Shown here: positions 1 to 10,995 of the stretch, one piece after another
Layout: each line of letters begins with the position of its first letter
Numbering within the stretch: position 1 is the stretch's first letter
Origin: Mobula birostris
Taxonomy: Eukaryota
Direction: 5' to 3'
NCBI RefSeq assembly: GCF_030028105.1
Contig: NC_092383.1
Span: forward strand, 87,811,921 to 87,875,920
DNA length: 64,000 bases
The notes under the pieces: model-generated
The model's database searches: none
What the model was told of the DNA's origin: nothing
What the model saw: only the letters and a program-made list of their open reading frames with translations
Position numbers and translations under genes: made by a program

Positions 1-529
1 AGTGGTTGGAAGGTGGAAGATCTTCGAGTGGGTGATGCAATTCCATGGAAGATTTTGATTTGGTGCCATGAGGAAGATTACCTAGTTCTTGGTGATAAGT
101 CAAATTTATGGTCACATACACAAGTACTGTGATGTACAGTCACAGGGTAAAATTTGTTTGCAACAGCAACACGGCCATATAGATATAGACAAACACAGAA
201 AAAAGATACTGTATAAAACAAGACATTAGAGCAAAGATAAGCACAATTAGAGTCCAGTCCATGGTAGTGCAAGAGATGGTCCACTGTGTTCTGTTGCTGA
301 GGTAGAGATAAGCCCATGCAAGCTGGTTCAAGACCCTGGTAGTCACAGGAAAGGTGCCGCTCTGGAACCTGATGGGTGGGATATCACGTTTCAAAATCAT
401 TCTTCATAGTAGCAGTGAAAAGAGGGCATGACTGAATGTTGTCATGGTGAGTTCCCATAACCATTGGCCTCACTGTCAAGGACTCTTCATCTCATGTTCT
501 TGACACTTATTGCTTATTTATTTATAGAC

Positions 530-680
530 ATACAAACATAGAAAACCCTCAATACAATACAGGCCCTTCGGCCCACAAAGCTGTGCCAAACATGTCCTCA
601 CCTTAGAAATTACCTAAAGTTACCCATAGCCCTCTATTTCTCTAAGCTCCATATACCTATCCAGGAGACTCTTAAAAGAG
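530..680 (-). mobile_element. CR1 LINE 3' end fragment
   Basis: acatagaaaacc...caatacaggcccttcggcccacaaagctgtgcc is the reverse complement of the CR1 3' end seen at 47737-47800; copies at ~37210-37360 and ~53170-53320. Confidence 0.7.
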
Positions 681-2449
681 ACTTAAATTTATTATTGTTA
701 TTTCTTTCTCTTTCTATTTGCACAGTATGTTGTCCTTCTGCACACTGGTTAAAAACCCAGTTGGTGTGGTCTTTGTCCACTGCTCGATTCGCTTTACACT
801 TATGCCTGTGTGCCTAAGCATGGCTCCAATGCCATATTCAAGTTTCCTGATGACACTCCTGTCGTTGGCTGAATCAAAGGTGGTGATGAATCAGCATATA
901 GAGGGAGATTGAATATCTGGCTGAGTGGTGGCATAACAACAACCTCGTAGCATGTCCGCAAGTTCAAGGAGCTGATCATTGACTTCAGGAGGAGGAAACC
1001 AGAGGTCCATGGGCCAGTCCCCACCATTGCAAATTGTGAACAGTGGTGGTGAGGGCTTTACCCATGATCGACTGGGCACATCTACATGAAACGTTGTCAC
1101 AAGAACGTAGCATCCGTTATCAGGGATCTTTACCATCCAGGACATGCTCTCTTCTCACTGCTGCTATCAGGAAGAAGATACAGGAGCAACAGGATCCAAT
1201 ACCACCACCAGGTTCAGGGACTTTTATTACCCCTCAATCATCGGGCTCCTGAACCAGGGTGATAACTTCACTTTCCCCATCATTGAAACGCTCCCACAAC
1301 CTATCAACTCACTTTCAAGGACACTTCATCGCATCTTTTCGATAATTATAGCTTAGTATTTCTTTCTTTTTGCATTTGTACATTTTGTTAACTTTTGCAC
1401 ACAGGTTGAACACCCAAGAGGTCTCTCATTGATTCTGTTATGATTATTATTCTATTATAGATTTATTGAATAAACCCACTGAATGGACGTTGATAATAAA
1501 TATACATTGCATTTGAACTTTTTCTGCTCTCTCCTTGCACCCTAGGCTATTAGCCATATGAGCATGAGCTTCAGTGCATGTACAGTAATCACCAGGGTCC
1601 ACCAGCCCCCCATTCTGTATAGTCAGAAGTTCTCCCGATGGAGATCAGCTGGCTGTGTGAGTAAGTGTGTCTGAGCCAAAGCTATCTCATGCCACCTCCT
1701 TGTGCTCTTGATTTCCTTCTTAATCATACACCTGCATCTCCTTTACTGACAGATCCCAGTTGTTCCATATATCCTTCTTTCCTCCTGACCAGGGCTCTCA
1801 TGATTAAGAATTCTTTATTCCTGCCAGCCATGACAATACTCCAAAGGGAATATGGATTATCTCACTTTTACAAAATTCCCACTTGCCTGTTGCCCCCATT
1901 GCCTGCAAACAAACTACTCCAATCAACTTCAGCAAGTTTCTATCTAATATCATCAAATTTTGCAATGCTTAAATTTGTCCAGCCCATTTCCCAAGAATAG
2001 ACTGGGCTTTTCCCTCTCTGTAGCAGAACCTTCTACATATTGCTTAAAGGAGCATTTCTGAAAACAATTAATAAATACAATCCCATCAATTTCCTTAACA
2101 CTGAAGCAGATTCACTCTTTATCTAGAAAGTTAAATCATTTACTATGACAAACCTAATAATCATGCAACTTTCTGCAACCACCTTGAAGAATTTGTTCCT
2201 CTAAATTAGGTTTATTATTAGACGGCCTCTAGTGTACTCGAAATACATTATTCACCTAGTTCTTCCTCTGAGTTTCACCCAAAAAGCCACACTGGATGAT
2301 CCCCCAATAAATTCATTGAGATCTGAGCATCATTGACAAGGGCGGAATTTATTCTCTACCTCTGGTTGCCCCTAAGAATGTGATGACTCTTTCACTGAAC
2401 CACAGCAGGGATCATTTTCCCAGAAGTCACAACCTGCTCTCAACAAGGA

Positions 2450-3120
2450 TCAGAATCAGAATCAGGTTTAATATCACCAACATATTTTGTGAAATTTGTT
2501 AACTTTGCACTAGCTGCACAACGCCATACATGATAATATAGGAAAAAACTGAATTACAGTTGTTTGTATCACCATTTGATATGAGACTGCACAGGATCGA
2601 AGTAAACTGCAGAGAGCTGAAAAAATGTATAATAGATAAAAATTGTTTTATTGCATAAATACTGCAAAAATAGAAAAAGAAGACGTGATGTAGTGTTCAT
2701 GAGCTCAATGTCCATTCAGAAATTGGAGAGCAGATGGGCAGAAGTTGTTTCTGATACTAGATGATGATGCAGCCAGTCAGATTGCTTTTCATGGTACATC
2801 TATAGAAATGTCTGAGGACTGTAGGTAACATACCAAACCTCCTCAAACTGCGAATGAAATATAGCCTTTTTCATAGCTGCGTCAATATAACGGAACCAGG
2901 TTAGGTGCTCATACATATGAACACCCAGGAATTTGAAGTTGCTCACTCTCTCCGCTTCTGATCCTTCCCTGAGGATTAACATGTGCTCCCTCATCTTACC
3001 TTTTTGAATTTAAATAATAAGCTCTTTGGTCTTGCATGCACTGAGAGCAAAGTTGTTCCTGTGACACCATTCATATGACATTCTGCCAACAATGGCTGTG
3101 CCATCAGCAAATTTCTGGAT
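2450..3120 (-). mobile_element. Degenerate Rex1/Babar LINE RT fragment
   Basis: Minus-strand KFADGTAIVGR and NFKFLGVH motifs; (AGAATC)n reverse tail at ~2452-2465. Copies ~6920-7265 (partial) and ~39115-39785. Confidence 0.75.
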
Positions 3121-3121
3121 G

Positions 3122-3600
3122 ACATTTGAGACATTACAGACATTTACAAGACACGCTGCATCTGCAAAGCAAACAGCATTATGAAGGACCCCACACACCC
3201 CTCATATAAACTCTTCTCCCTCCCGCCATCTGGAAAAAGGCACCGAAGCATTCGGGCTCTCATGACCAGACTATGTAACAGTTTCTTCCCCCAAGCCATC
3301 AGACTCCTCAATACCCAGAGCCTGCCTTGACACCAACCTACTATACCCTCTACTGCGCCTACTGTCTTGTTTATTATTTATCGTAATGCCTGCTCTGTTT
3401 TGTGCACTTTATGCATTCCTGGATAGGTCTGTAGTCTAGTGTAGATTTTGTGTTTTTTTCTTACGTTGTTCAGTGTAGTTTTTGCATTGTTTCATGTAGT
3501 ACAATAGTCCTGGAAAACGTTGTCTCATTTTTACTATGTTCTGTACCAGCAGTTATGGTTGAAATGACAATAAAAAGTGACTTGACTTGACTTGACTTGA
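3122..3600 (+). mobile_element. Rex1/Babar LINE 3' end, joined head-to-head to the previous fragment
   Basis: Encodes KDPTHPSYKLFSLPPSGKRHRSI...NSFFPQAIRLLN and ends AATAAA + (GACTT)n. Copies ~7270-7762 and ~39790-40257. Confidence 0.8.
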
Positions 3601-3648
3601 GCTGTGTCTAATCATGGTTGTCTCGGGGGTACTTTATACTTTATACTT

Positions 3649-4276
3649 CATGATTATGAAGACACGTAGTCCTCTTTTATTGTCATTTAGTAATGCATGC
3701 ATTAAGAAATGATACACTATTTCCTCCGGTGTGATGTCACAAAACACAGGACAAACCAAGACTGAAAAAAACTGACAAAACCACATAATTATAACATATA
3801 GTTACAAACAGTGTAACAATACCATAACTTGACGAAGAAGTCCATGAGCACAGTAAAAAAGTTCAAAGTTTCTCAAAAGTCCCACATCTCACGCAGACGG
3901 TAGAAGGAAGAAAAACTCTCCTTGCCATGCTGACCACAATCCGACTCTGAGTCATCCGAAAGCTTCAAGCTCTGATCAGCTCTGTGACACCGAGTACTGA
4001 GTGCCATCTCTGTCCGAATGATTCAACCTCCTTCTCGGTCGCCAAAAGCAGGCAAGCCTGGTGATTTTGAGGCCAACCTTCCGAAAGTTTCATGACCACA
4101 CAGTAACGACAGCAGTGAACGGGCGTTTCAGAAATTTCTCCAGGTGTTCCACTGTGCTTTCACGTCCATTCTCTATCAAAACAGAATTGTCCACGGCCCC
4201 TATTTAACAGATACGACATCATTTTCACCGGAGAGCTGCGCACGCACAGCGCGCTGCCATCTTCTCCTCCCGCCGG
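3649..4276 (-). mobile_element. ~630-bp non-autonomous retroelement
   Basis: Inserted in a (CTTTATA)n tract; minus-strand 5' end ggagaagatggcagcgcg and AATAAA near the 3' end. Copy at ~40306-40920; absent from the duplicate at ~7800; related element at ~46460-47146. Confidence 0.6.
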
Positions 4277-4307
4277 CTTTATACTTTATTGTCACCAAAC
4301 AATTGAT

Positions 4308-4870
4308 TTCCTACGTCAACTCAGGAAGTGCAACCTGCCTCAGGAGCTGCTGATTCAAATCTATTCAGCAACAATCCAATCTGTTCTCTGTTCGTCCATC
4401 ACTGTCTGGTTCGGATCAGCTACCAAACAAGATAAGAATAGACTCCAAAGAACCGTAAGGGCTGCGGAAAGGATTATTGGTGTGAAGCTGCCCTCGATCC
4501 AGGACTTATCTGCATCTGGAGTCAAGAAGTGAGCAAGCAGCATCATTGTAGACCCATCACACCCTGGACATCACCTGTTCCAACTCCTTCCTTCTGGTAG
4601 CGCGCTTTAGATCACTGTATGCCAGGGCAAATAGGCACAAGAACAGTTTCTTTCCGTATGCCATCTGTCTTATGAACACTTGAATTTTAGTCCACCTGTA
4701 CATGCACAGGTATACCTCATTTGTATATAGTTCACAATCATTTGCACTATTGTTTTGTTTGCTTTTTGATTCTGTACTGCAAGAGCTCAGGGAAACCAGC
4801 ATCAAGTTCCCTGTATCTGTCCACATACATGGCGATAATAAAGGATTCTGATTCTGATTCTGATTCTTAT
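4308..4870 (+). mobile_element. 5'-truncated Rex1/Babar LINE
   Basis: Encodes FLRQLRKCNLPQELLIQIYSATIQSVLCSSITVWFGS... and ends AATAAA + (GATTCT)n. Copy at ~40952-41510; absent at ~7830. Confidence 0.8.
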
Positions 4871-4874
4871 TCTA

Positions 4875-5835
4875 GAGCGTACAATCATCACAGCGATATT
4901 TGATTCTGTGCTTCCCGCTCCCTGGAGTACAAATCGATAGTAAATATTAAAAATGTTAATTATAAATCATAAATAGAAAATAGAAAAGGGAAAGTAAGTT
5001 AGTGCAAAAAAACCGAGATGCAGGTCCAGATATTTGGAGGGTACGGCCCAGATCCAGATCAGGATCCGTTCAGCAGTCTTATCACAGTTGGAAAGAAGCT
5101 GTTCCCAAATCTGGCTGTACGAGTCTTCAAGCTCCTGAGCCTTCTCCCGGAGGGACGAGGGACGAAGAGTGTGTTGGCTGGGTGGGTCGTGTCCTTGATT
5201 ATCCTGGCAGCACTGATCCGACAGCGTGCGGTGTAAAGTGAGTCCAAGGACGGAAGATTGGTTTGTGTGAAGTGCTGGGCTGTGTTCACGATCTTCTGTA
5301 GCTTCTTCCGGTCTTGGACAGGACAACTTCCATACCAGGTTGTGATGCACCCTAGAAGAATGCTTTCTACGGTGCATCTATAAAAATTAGTGAGGGATTT
5401 AGGGGACAGGCCAAATTTCTTTAGCTTTCTCAGGAAGTAAAGGCGCTGGTGGGCCTTCTTGGCAGTGGACACTGCTTGGTTGGACCAAGTCAGGTTTATA
5501 TGTGATATTGACCCCGAGGAACTTAAAGCTTTTGACCTGTTCCACTTGCACACCACTAATGTAAATAGAGTCGTGCCGTCCGCTACTCCGTCTGAAGTCA
5601 ACAACCAGTTCCTTCATCTTGCTGACGTTGAGGGATAGGTTATTGTCTTCACACCATGCTACTAGGTTCTTAATTTCCTTTCTGTACTCAAACTCATCAT
5701 TACCCGAGATACGGCCTACAATTGTGGTGTCATCAGCAAACTTATATATTGAGTTCGATGGAAGCTTGGCTACACAATCATGGGTGTACAATGAGTACTG
5801 CAGGGGGCTGAGTACACAGCCTTGTGGGGCACCCC
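4875..5835 (-). mobile_element. Rex1/Babar LINE RT + C-terminal (DUF1891-like) fragment
   Basis: ORFs 5399-5860 and 5059-5604: GAPQGCVLSP, YKFADDTTIVG, LRKLKKFGLSP, NSFFPTVIRLLN; frameshifted. Copies 7835-10140 (split by an LTR) and ~41520-42475. Confidence 0.9.
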
Positions 5836-6181
5836 AAGAAGAGAAGATGGCTAAACCCACATCCCTGAGCAGAGCCTGTGTTGATTGTCAGCAAGTTGGA
5901 GATGCTACTTCCAATCTGCACAGATTGAACCAACGGACCAACAGAAGAAACAGCAGATGCACAAGTTGGAAATGCCTAACTGAGCGATTCCACTTTCACT
6001 GTAACTTCAAGAACAATCTCAGTGAAATAAGGATTAACATCAGAGATAAACTATTAAAATGGAACATGATCTCTGCAAAATCATGGAATTTTCTGAACAA
6101 CTGAAATGATGAGTTTATATTGCTTACTGCACTTTGTTCTGGTGACGTGTGAGTGACCTTTCATTATTAATCTCTTCACAG

Positions 6182-6505
6182 GCTCAACTGCATTAACTGG
6201 ACCTGAGAAGGTCAGAGGAGTAGAGGGAGAATCAGTCACTGTGGAATGTCGGTATGATCAGAAATACAAGGACTACGTGAAGAAATGGTGTAGAGGTGAA
6301 GCTTACTTTGGTTGTCAGGATCTGGTTTCGACTGAGCAGCCACAAAATGGACAAGTATCAATGACTGATAACAAAACACAAGGGATATTTTCAGTAACCA
6401 TGGATAATCTAAAGATGAGTGACGAAGGGCTATACCAGTGTATAATACAAAGGGCAATGTTGATACCGAGCGAAAGGTTTACCATTTCACTGGAGGTTTC
6501 TGAAG
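6182..6505 (+). CDS. Gene 1, V-type Ig domain exon of a CD300/CMRF35/pIgR-like receptor
   Basis: Acceptor tctcttcacag ends 6181, donor GTATGT starts 6506; 324 nt, phase 1-1. Translates (G)STALTGPEKVRGVEGESVTVECRYDQKYKDYVKKWCRGEAYFGCQDLVSTEQPQNGQVSMTDNKTQGIFSVTMDNLKMSDEGLYQCIIQRAMLIPSERFTISLEVSE. Has the V-set B-strand Cys, DxGxYxC, and the extra WC...C pair typical of the CD300/pIgR/TREM family. Confidence 0.9.
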
Positions 6506-8065
6506 GTATGTTAATTTTTTTTTTCACTCTCCCAGCCTGGGAATTTCCTCCCTCACCTCTGGGTGAAGTAAAAATATTCTTTATATGCCCTCTAAATCTT
6601 TTATTCCTCACCTTAAACTTCAGTCCCTGGTTACATATGCTGTGAGCCGAAGTTTACCACGAAAAATGCCATCTATTCCCCATATAGTTCGGCAGATATC
6701 AGTCAGTCCCCCTTCAGTCTTCACATCCCCAAAAAGAACAACCCAGTCTCTCTAGTCTTTCCACATAATTTTATTGTTACATACCAGGCAACATCCCGGT
6801 GAATCTCCTTTGCAGCCTCTCGGCCCTGCTCCCTGTCCTTCCCACAAACTGCTCATTACAACTGCACTAAAAGAATGGTTGGGATTTCTGACAATCTGAA
6901 CAAAATACAAAATTCAAAAAGTCTGAGGATTGTAGGTAACATACCAAATCTCCTCAAACTGCGAACGAAATATAGTCTTTTTCATAGCTGCATCGATATG
7001 TTGGAACCAGACTAGGTCCTCATACCTAATGACACCCAGGAACTTGAAATTGCTCCCCCTCTCCACTTCTGATCCTTCTCTGAGGATTAACATGTGTTCC
7101 CTCATCTTACCTTTTTGAATTTAAATAGTAAGCTCTTTGGTCTTGAATGCACTGAGTGCAAGGTTGTTCCTGTGACACCACTCAACTAGCTGGTAGATCC
7201 CACTCCTGTATGCCCTCTCGTCACCATCTGAAATTCTGCCAACAATGGCTGTACCATCAGCAAATTTCTGGATGACATTTGAGACATCACAGACATTTAC
7301 ACCACATGCGGCATCCGCAAAGCAAACAGCATTATGAAGGACCCCAAGCACCCCTCATAAAAACTCTTCTCCCTCCTGCCATCTGGAAAAAGGCACCGAA
7401 GCATTCAGGATCTCACGACCAGACTATGTAACAGTTTCTTCCCCCAAGCCATCAGACTCCTCAATACACAGAGCCTGGCTTGGCACCAACCTACTGTACC
7501 CTCCACTGTGCCTATTGTCTTGTTTATTAATTATTATTATTTATTGTAGTGCCTGCACTGTTTTGTGCTCTTTATGCAATTCTGGGTAGGTCTGTAGTCT
7601 AGTGTAGTTTTTGTGTTTTTTCTGACGTAGTTCAGTGTAGTTTTTGCATTGTTTCATGTAGCACCATGGTCCTGGAAAACGTTGTCTCATTTTTACTATG
7701 TTCTGTACCAGCAGTTATGGTTGAAATGACAATAAAAAGTGACTTGACTTGACTTGACTTGAGCTGTGCCTAGTTATGGTTGTCTCGGGAATACTTTATA
7801 CTTTTACTTCATTGTCGTCAAACAATTGATACCAGAGTGTACAATCATCACAACGATATTTGATTCTGTGCTTCGTGCTCTCTGGAGTACAAATCGATAG
7901 TAAATATTAAAAATGTAAATTATAAATCATAAATAGAAAATAGAAAAGGGAAAGTAAGGTAGTGCAAAAAAAACAAGAGGCAGGTCCAGATATTTGGAGG
8001 GTACGGCCCAGATCCGGGTCAGGATCCATTCAGCAGTCTTATCACAGTTGGAAAGAAGCTGTTCC

Positions 8066-9424
8066 TGTCACAATGGGGTGCTGGGAATGGACCCAAATGC
8101 AAGACACAGACACTTATGTACAAGGAACAGGACTTGAGTAGAGTAGGGTCGTGACAGGATACAGAGAAGGAGCAGAGACAAGAACGTAGACTAGGACTTG
8201 GACCCCGAGCCAGAGACTGGACAAGGACCCAGAACCTGGATCTTGCCTCGGGCTTGGGCCCCAGAACCAAGCACGGACATGACATGATTGCAGGACTGGA
8301 GGCTGGGGTCTTGAGGCTAGAGGCTTGGAGACAAGCTTGGGGTCTTGAGGCTTGAGGCTTGGAGACAGGCTTGGCTTGAGGTCTTGGATCTTGAGTTTGG
8401 CTGCTGGCTGGGGTCTTGGATCTTGAGCTTGGCTGCCGGCCGGGGTCTTGGATCTGGGGTCTTGGTCTTGAGGCCTGCCGGCTGGGGTCTTGGGTCTTAG
8501 GTCTTGGGTCTAGGGTACTTCGAGGCTTAGGTATGGACTCCGAGCCAGAGACTCGGAGGACCCAGAATCTGGGACTTGACTCGGGCTTGGACTCCAGAAC
8601 TAGGCAAGGACAAGACGAGGCCACAGGGCTGGACATGGCTTGGGTGTGGAACTCCTGGGTAGGGCGAGACACACAGACAGGTAAAGGCACATGGACAGGA
8701 CTCGGATAGGGCTGGACTAGGCACAGACTGGATGAGGGCCTTCAGGAGCATGGAGCCTTGGACTAGAAGAGACAGGAGCACAGAACACAGAGCTGGGACA
8801 CCTCCTTGGGAACAGGACATAGGGCCGGGACTCACACACATAACACAGAGCTGGGACCCCTCCTTGGGAACAGGACGTAGGGCCGGGACTCATACACAGA
8901 ACACTGAACATGAAGAGACAGATCCCAACACAAGGCGGTGGCAAACGGCGGGATCCACCTCGCGAAGGCGTGGACACAGAGACAGATCCCAACACTGGGT
9001 GGCAGCAAATGGCCAGACCCACCTAGCGAAGGCATGAACACAGAAGCAGATCCCAACACTAGGTAACGGCAAACAGCCGGACCTACCTAGCGAAGGCGTG
9101 GATCCAGAGAGACAATTCCACACAACGAAAGACAGTTCCTTATCTTGACCTAACAAGGCTCTGGTCTTGCTCCGGCAGTAAGACTTCAGCGATACAGGCG
9201 GGGTATCCAGGCTAGGTGAGCAGCCAGAGAGTCAGGCGAGGTATCCAGGCAGAGAGTCAGGCGAGTGGGGAAAGACAGGGATGGGAACAGGACAGTCCAG
9301 TAGGGAATCCCTAGTTTGCAGAGGTATTTATGTCTCAGCCCCAAAACGAGAAACATGTGACCACAACAGAAACTGGGGAAAACCAGAAATCCCAGAACAA
9401 GGAACCATAGACCGGACTATGACA
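8066..9424. mobile_element. Solo LTR (1359 bp), probably Gypsy-class, with internal tandem repeats
   Basis: Termini TGTCA...TGACA, flanked by 5-bp TSD GTTCC (8061-8065, 9425-9429); empty site present at ~5100 and ~41743. Internal GGGGTCTTGAGGCT-like repeats and ~60-bp repeat units. Confidence 0.9.
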
Positions 9425-10493
9425 GTTCCCAAATCTGGCCGTATGAGTCTTCAAGCTCCTGAGCCTTCTCCCAGAGGGACGAGGGATGAGAAATGTGTTG
9501 GCTGGGTGGATCGTGTCCTTGATTATCCTGGCAGCACTGCTCCGACAGCGTGCAGTGTAAAGCGAGTCCAAGGACGGAAGGTTGGTTTGTGTGATGTGCT
9601 GGGCTGTGTTCACGATCTTCTGCAGCTTTGTCCGGTCTTGGACAGGACAACCTCCATACCATGTTGTGATGCACCCTTTGGATGGTGTATCTATAAAAAT
9701 AAGTGAGAGTTTTAGGGGACAAGCCAAATTTCTTTAGCTTTCTCAGGAAATAAAGGCCCGGGTGGGCCTTCTTGGCAGTGGACTCTGCTTGGTTGGGCCA
9801 AGTCAGGTCATTTGTGACATTAACCCCAAGGAACTTAAAGATTTTGACCTGTTCCACTTGCGCACCACTGATGTAAATGGAGTTGTGTGGTCCGCTACTC
9901 CCTCTGAAGTCAACAACCAATTCCATCGTCTTGCTGACGTTGAGGGATAGGTTATCGTCTTCACACCATGCCACCAGGTTCTTAATTTCCTTTCTGTACT
10001 CAAACTCATCATTACCCGAGATACGGCCTACATTTATGGTGTCATCAGCAAACTTATATATTGAGTTCGATGGAAACTAGGCTGCACAATCATGGGTATA
10101 CAGTGAGTACAGTAGGGGGCTGAGTACACAGCCTTGTGGGGCACCCCAAGAAGAGAAGCTGGCTAAACTCACATCCCTGAGAAGAGCCAGTGTTGATTGT
10201 CAGCAAGCTGGAGACGTTACTTCCAATCTGCACAGATTGAACCAACAGACCAACAGAAGAAACAGCAGATGCACAAGTTGGAAATGCCTAACTGAGCGAT
10301 TCCACTTTCACTGTAACTTCAAGAACAAGCTCAGTGAAATAAGGATTAACATCAGGGATAAAATATTAAAGTGGAACATGATCTCCGCAAAATCATGGAA
10401 TTTTCTGAACAACTGAAATGATGAGTTTATATTGCTTACTGCACTTTGTTCTGGTGACGTGTGAGTGACCTTTCATTATTAATCTCTTCACAG

Positions 10494-10816
10494 GCTCAAC
10501 TGCATTAACTGGACCTGAGAAGGTCAGAGGAGTAGTGGGAAAATCAGTCACTGTGGAATGTCGTATGATCAGACTAACAAGGACTACGTGAAGAAATGGT
10601 GTAGAGGTAAAACTAAAGTTGGTTGTCAGGATCTGGTTTCGACTGAGCAGCCACAAAAAGGACAAGTATCAATGACCGATAACAAAACACAAGAGATATT
10701 TTGAGTAACCATGGACAATCTGAAGATGAGCGAAAAAGGGCTATACCAGTGTATGATAGAAAAGGAAATGTGAAAACCGAACGTAAGGTTTACCATTTCA
10801 CTGGAGGTTTCTGAAG
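10494..10816 (+). pseudogene. Second, inactivated V-domain exon inside gene 1
   Basis: Paralogous to 6182-6505 with intact AG/GT, but 323 nt: 1-nt deletion at CGG>CG (~10563). In the restored frame there are TGA stops at 10702-10704 and 10771-10773. Confidence 0.9.
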
Positions 10817-10863
10817 GTACGTTAATAATTTTCTTCACTCTCCCAGCCTGGGAATTTCCTCCT

Positions 10864-10995
10864 TCGAGGGTCTCGGCCTGAAACATCGACTGTATCTCTT
10901 CCTAGAGATGCTGCCTGGCCTGCTGCGTTCACCAGCAACTTTGATGTGTGGTGCTTGAATTTCCAGCATCTGCAGAATTCCTGCTGTTTGCGTTT
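10864..10995 (+). mobile_element. Penelope-like element terminal fragment
   Basis: gagggtctcggcctgaaacatcgactg...gatgctgcctggcctgctg, same family as 62620-62710. Confidence 0.65.

Larger units (their letters stand above)
1..6912 (+). repeat. Segmental duplication block A (intron 1 + V exon), copy in gene 1
   Basis: Colinear with ~36686-43553 throughout, and its first ~1.9 kb with ~52646-54572. Confidence 0.95.
6920..10860 (+). repeat. Tandem intragenic duplicate of ~2812-6550 carrying the dead V exon
   Basis: Restarts at gtctgaggattgtaggtaacatacc (cf. 2812) and runs colinearly to just past the V donor. It lacks two insertions found in the other copies and has its own solo LTR. Confidence 0.9.

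Noticed and set aside
1638-1662. ATG GAG ATC AGC TGG CTG T|GTGAGT, a phase-1 mini-exon present in three copies
   Set aside because: Only six codons, no h-region; conservation is explained by the duplication. A better leader exists at 34210-34306.
5619-6104. 161-aa and 179-aa (42207-42746) plus-strand ORFs upstream of the V exons
   Set aside because: Mostly the antisense frame of a Rex1/Babar RT; recurrence is due to the duplication.
8019-8690. 223-aa Pro/Ser/Gln-rich ORF
   Set aside because: Runs through the tandem repeats of the solo LTR; low-complexity artefact.
8760-9120. Regularly spaced ~60-bp repeats superficially like a CRISPR array
   Set aside because: Eukaryotic context, no unique spacers, no cas genes; these are LTR-internal tandem repeats.
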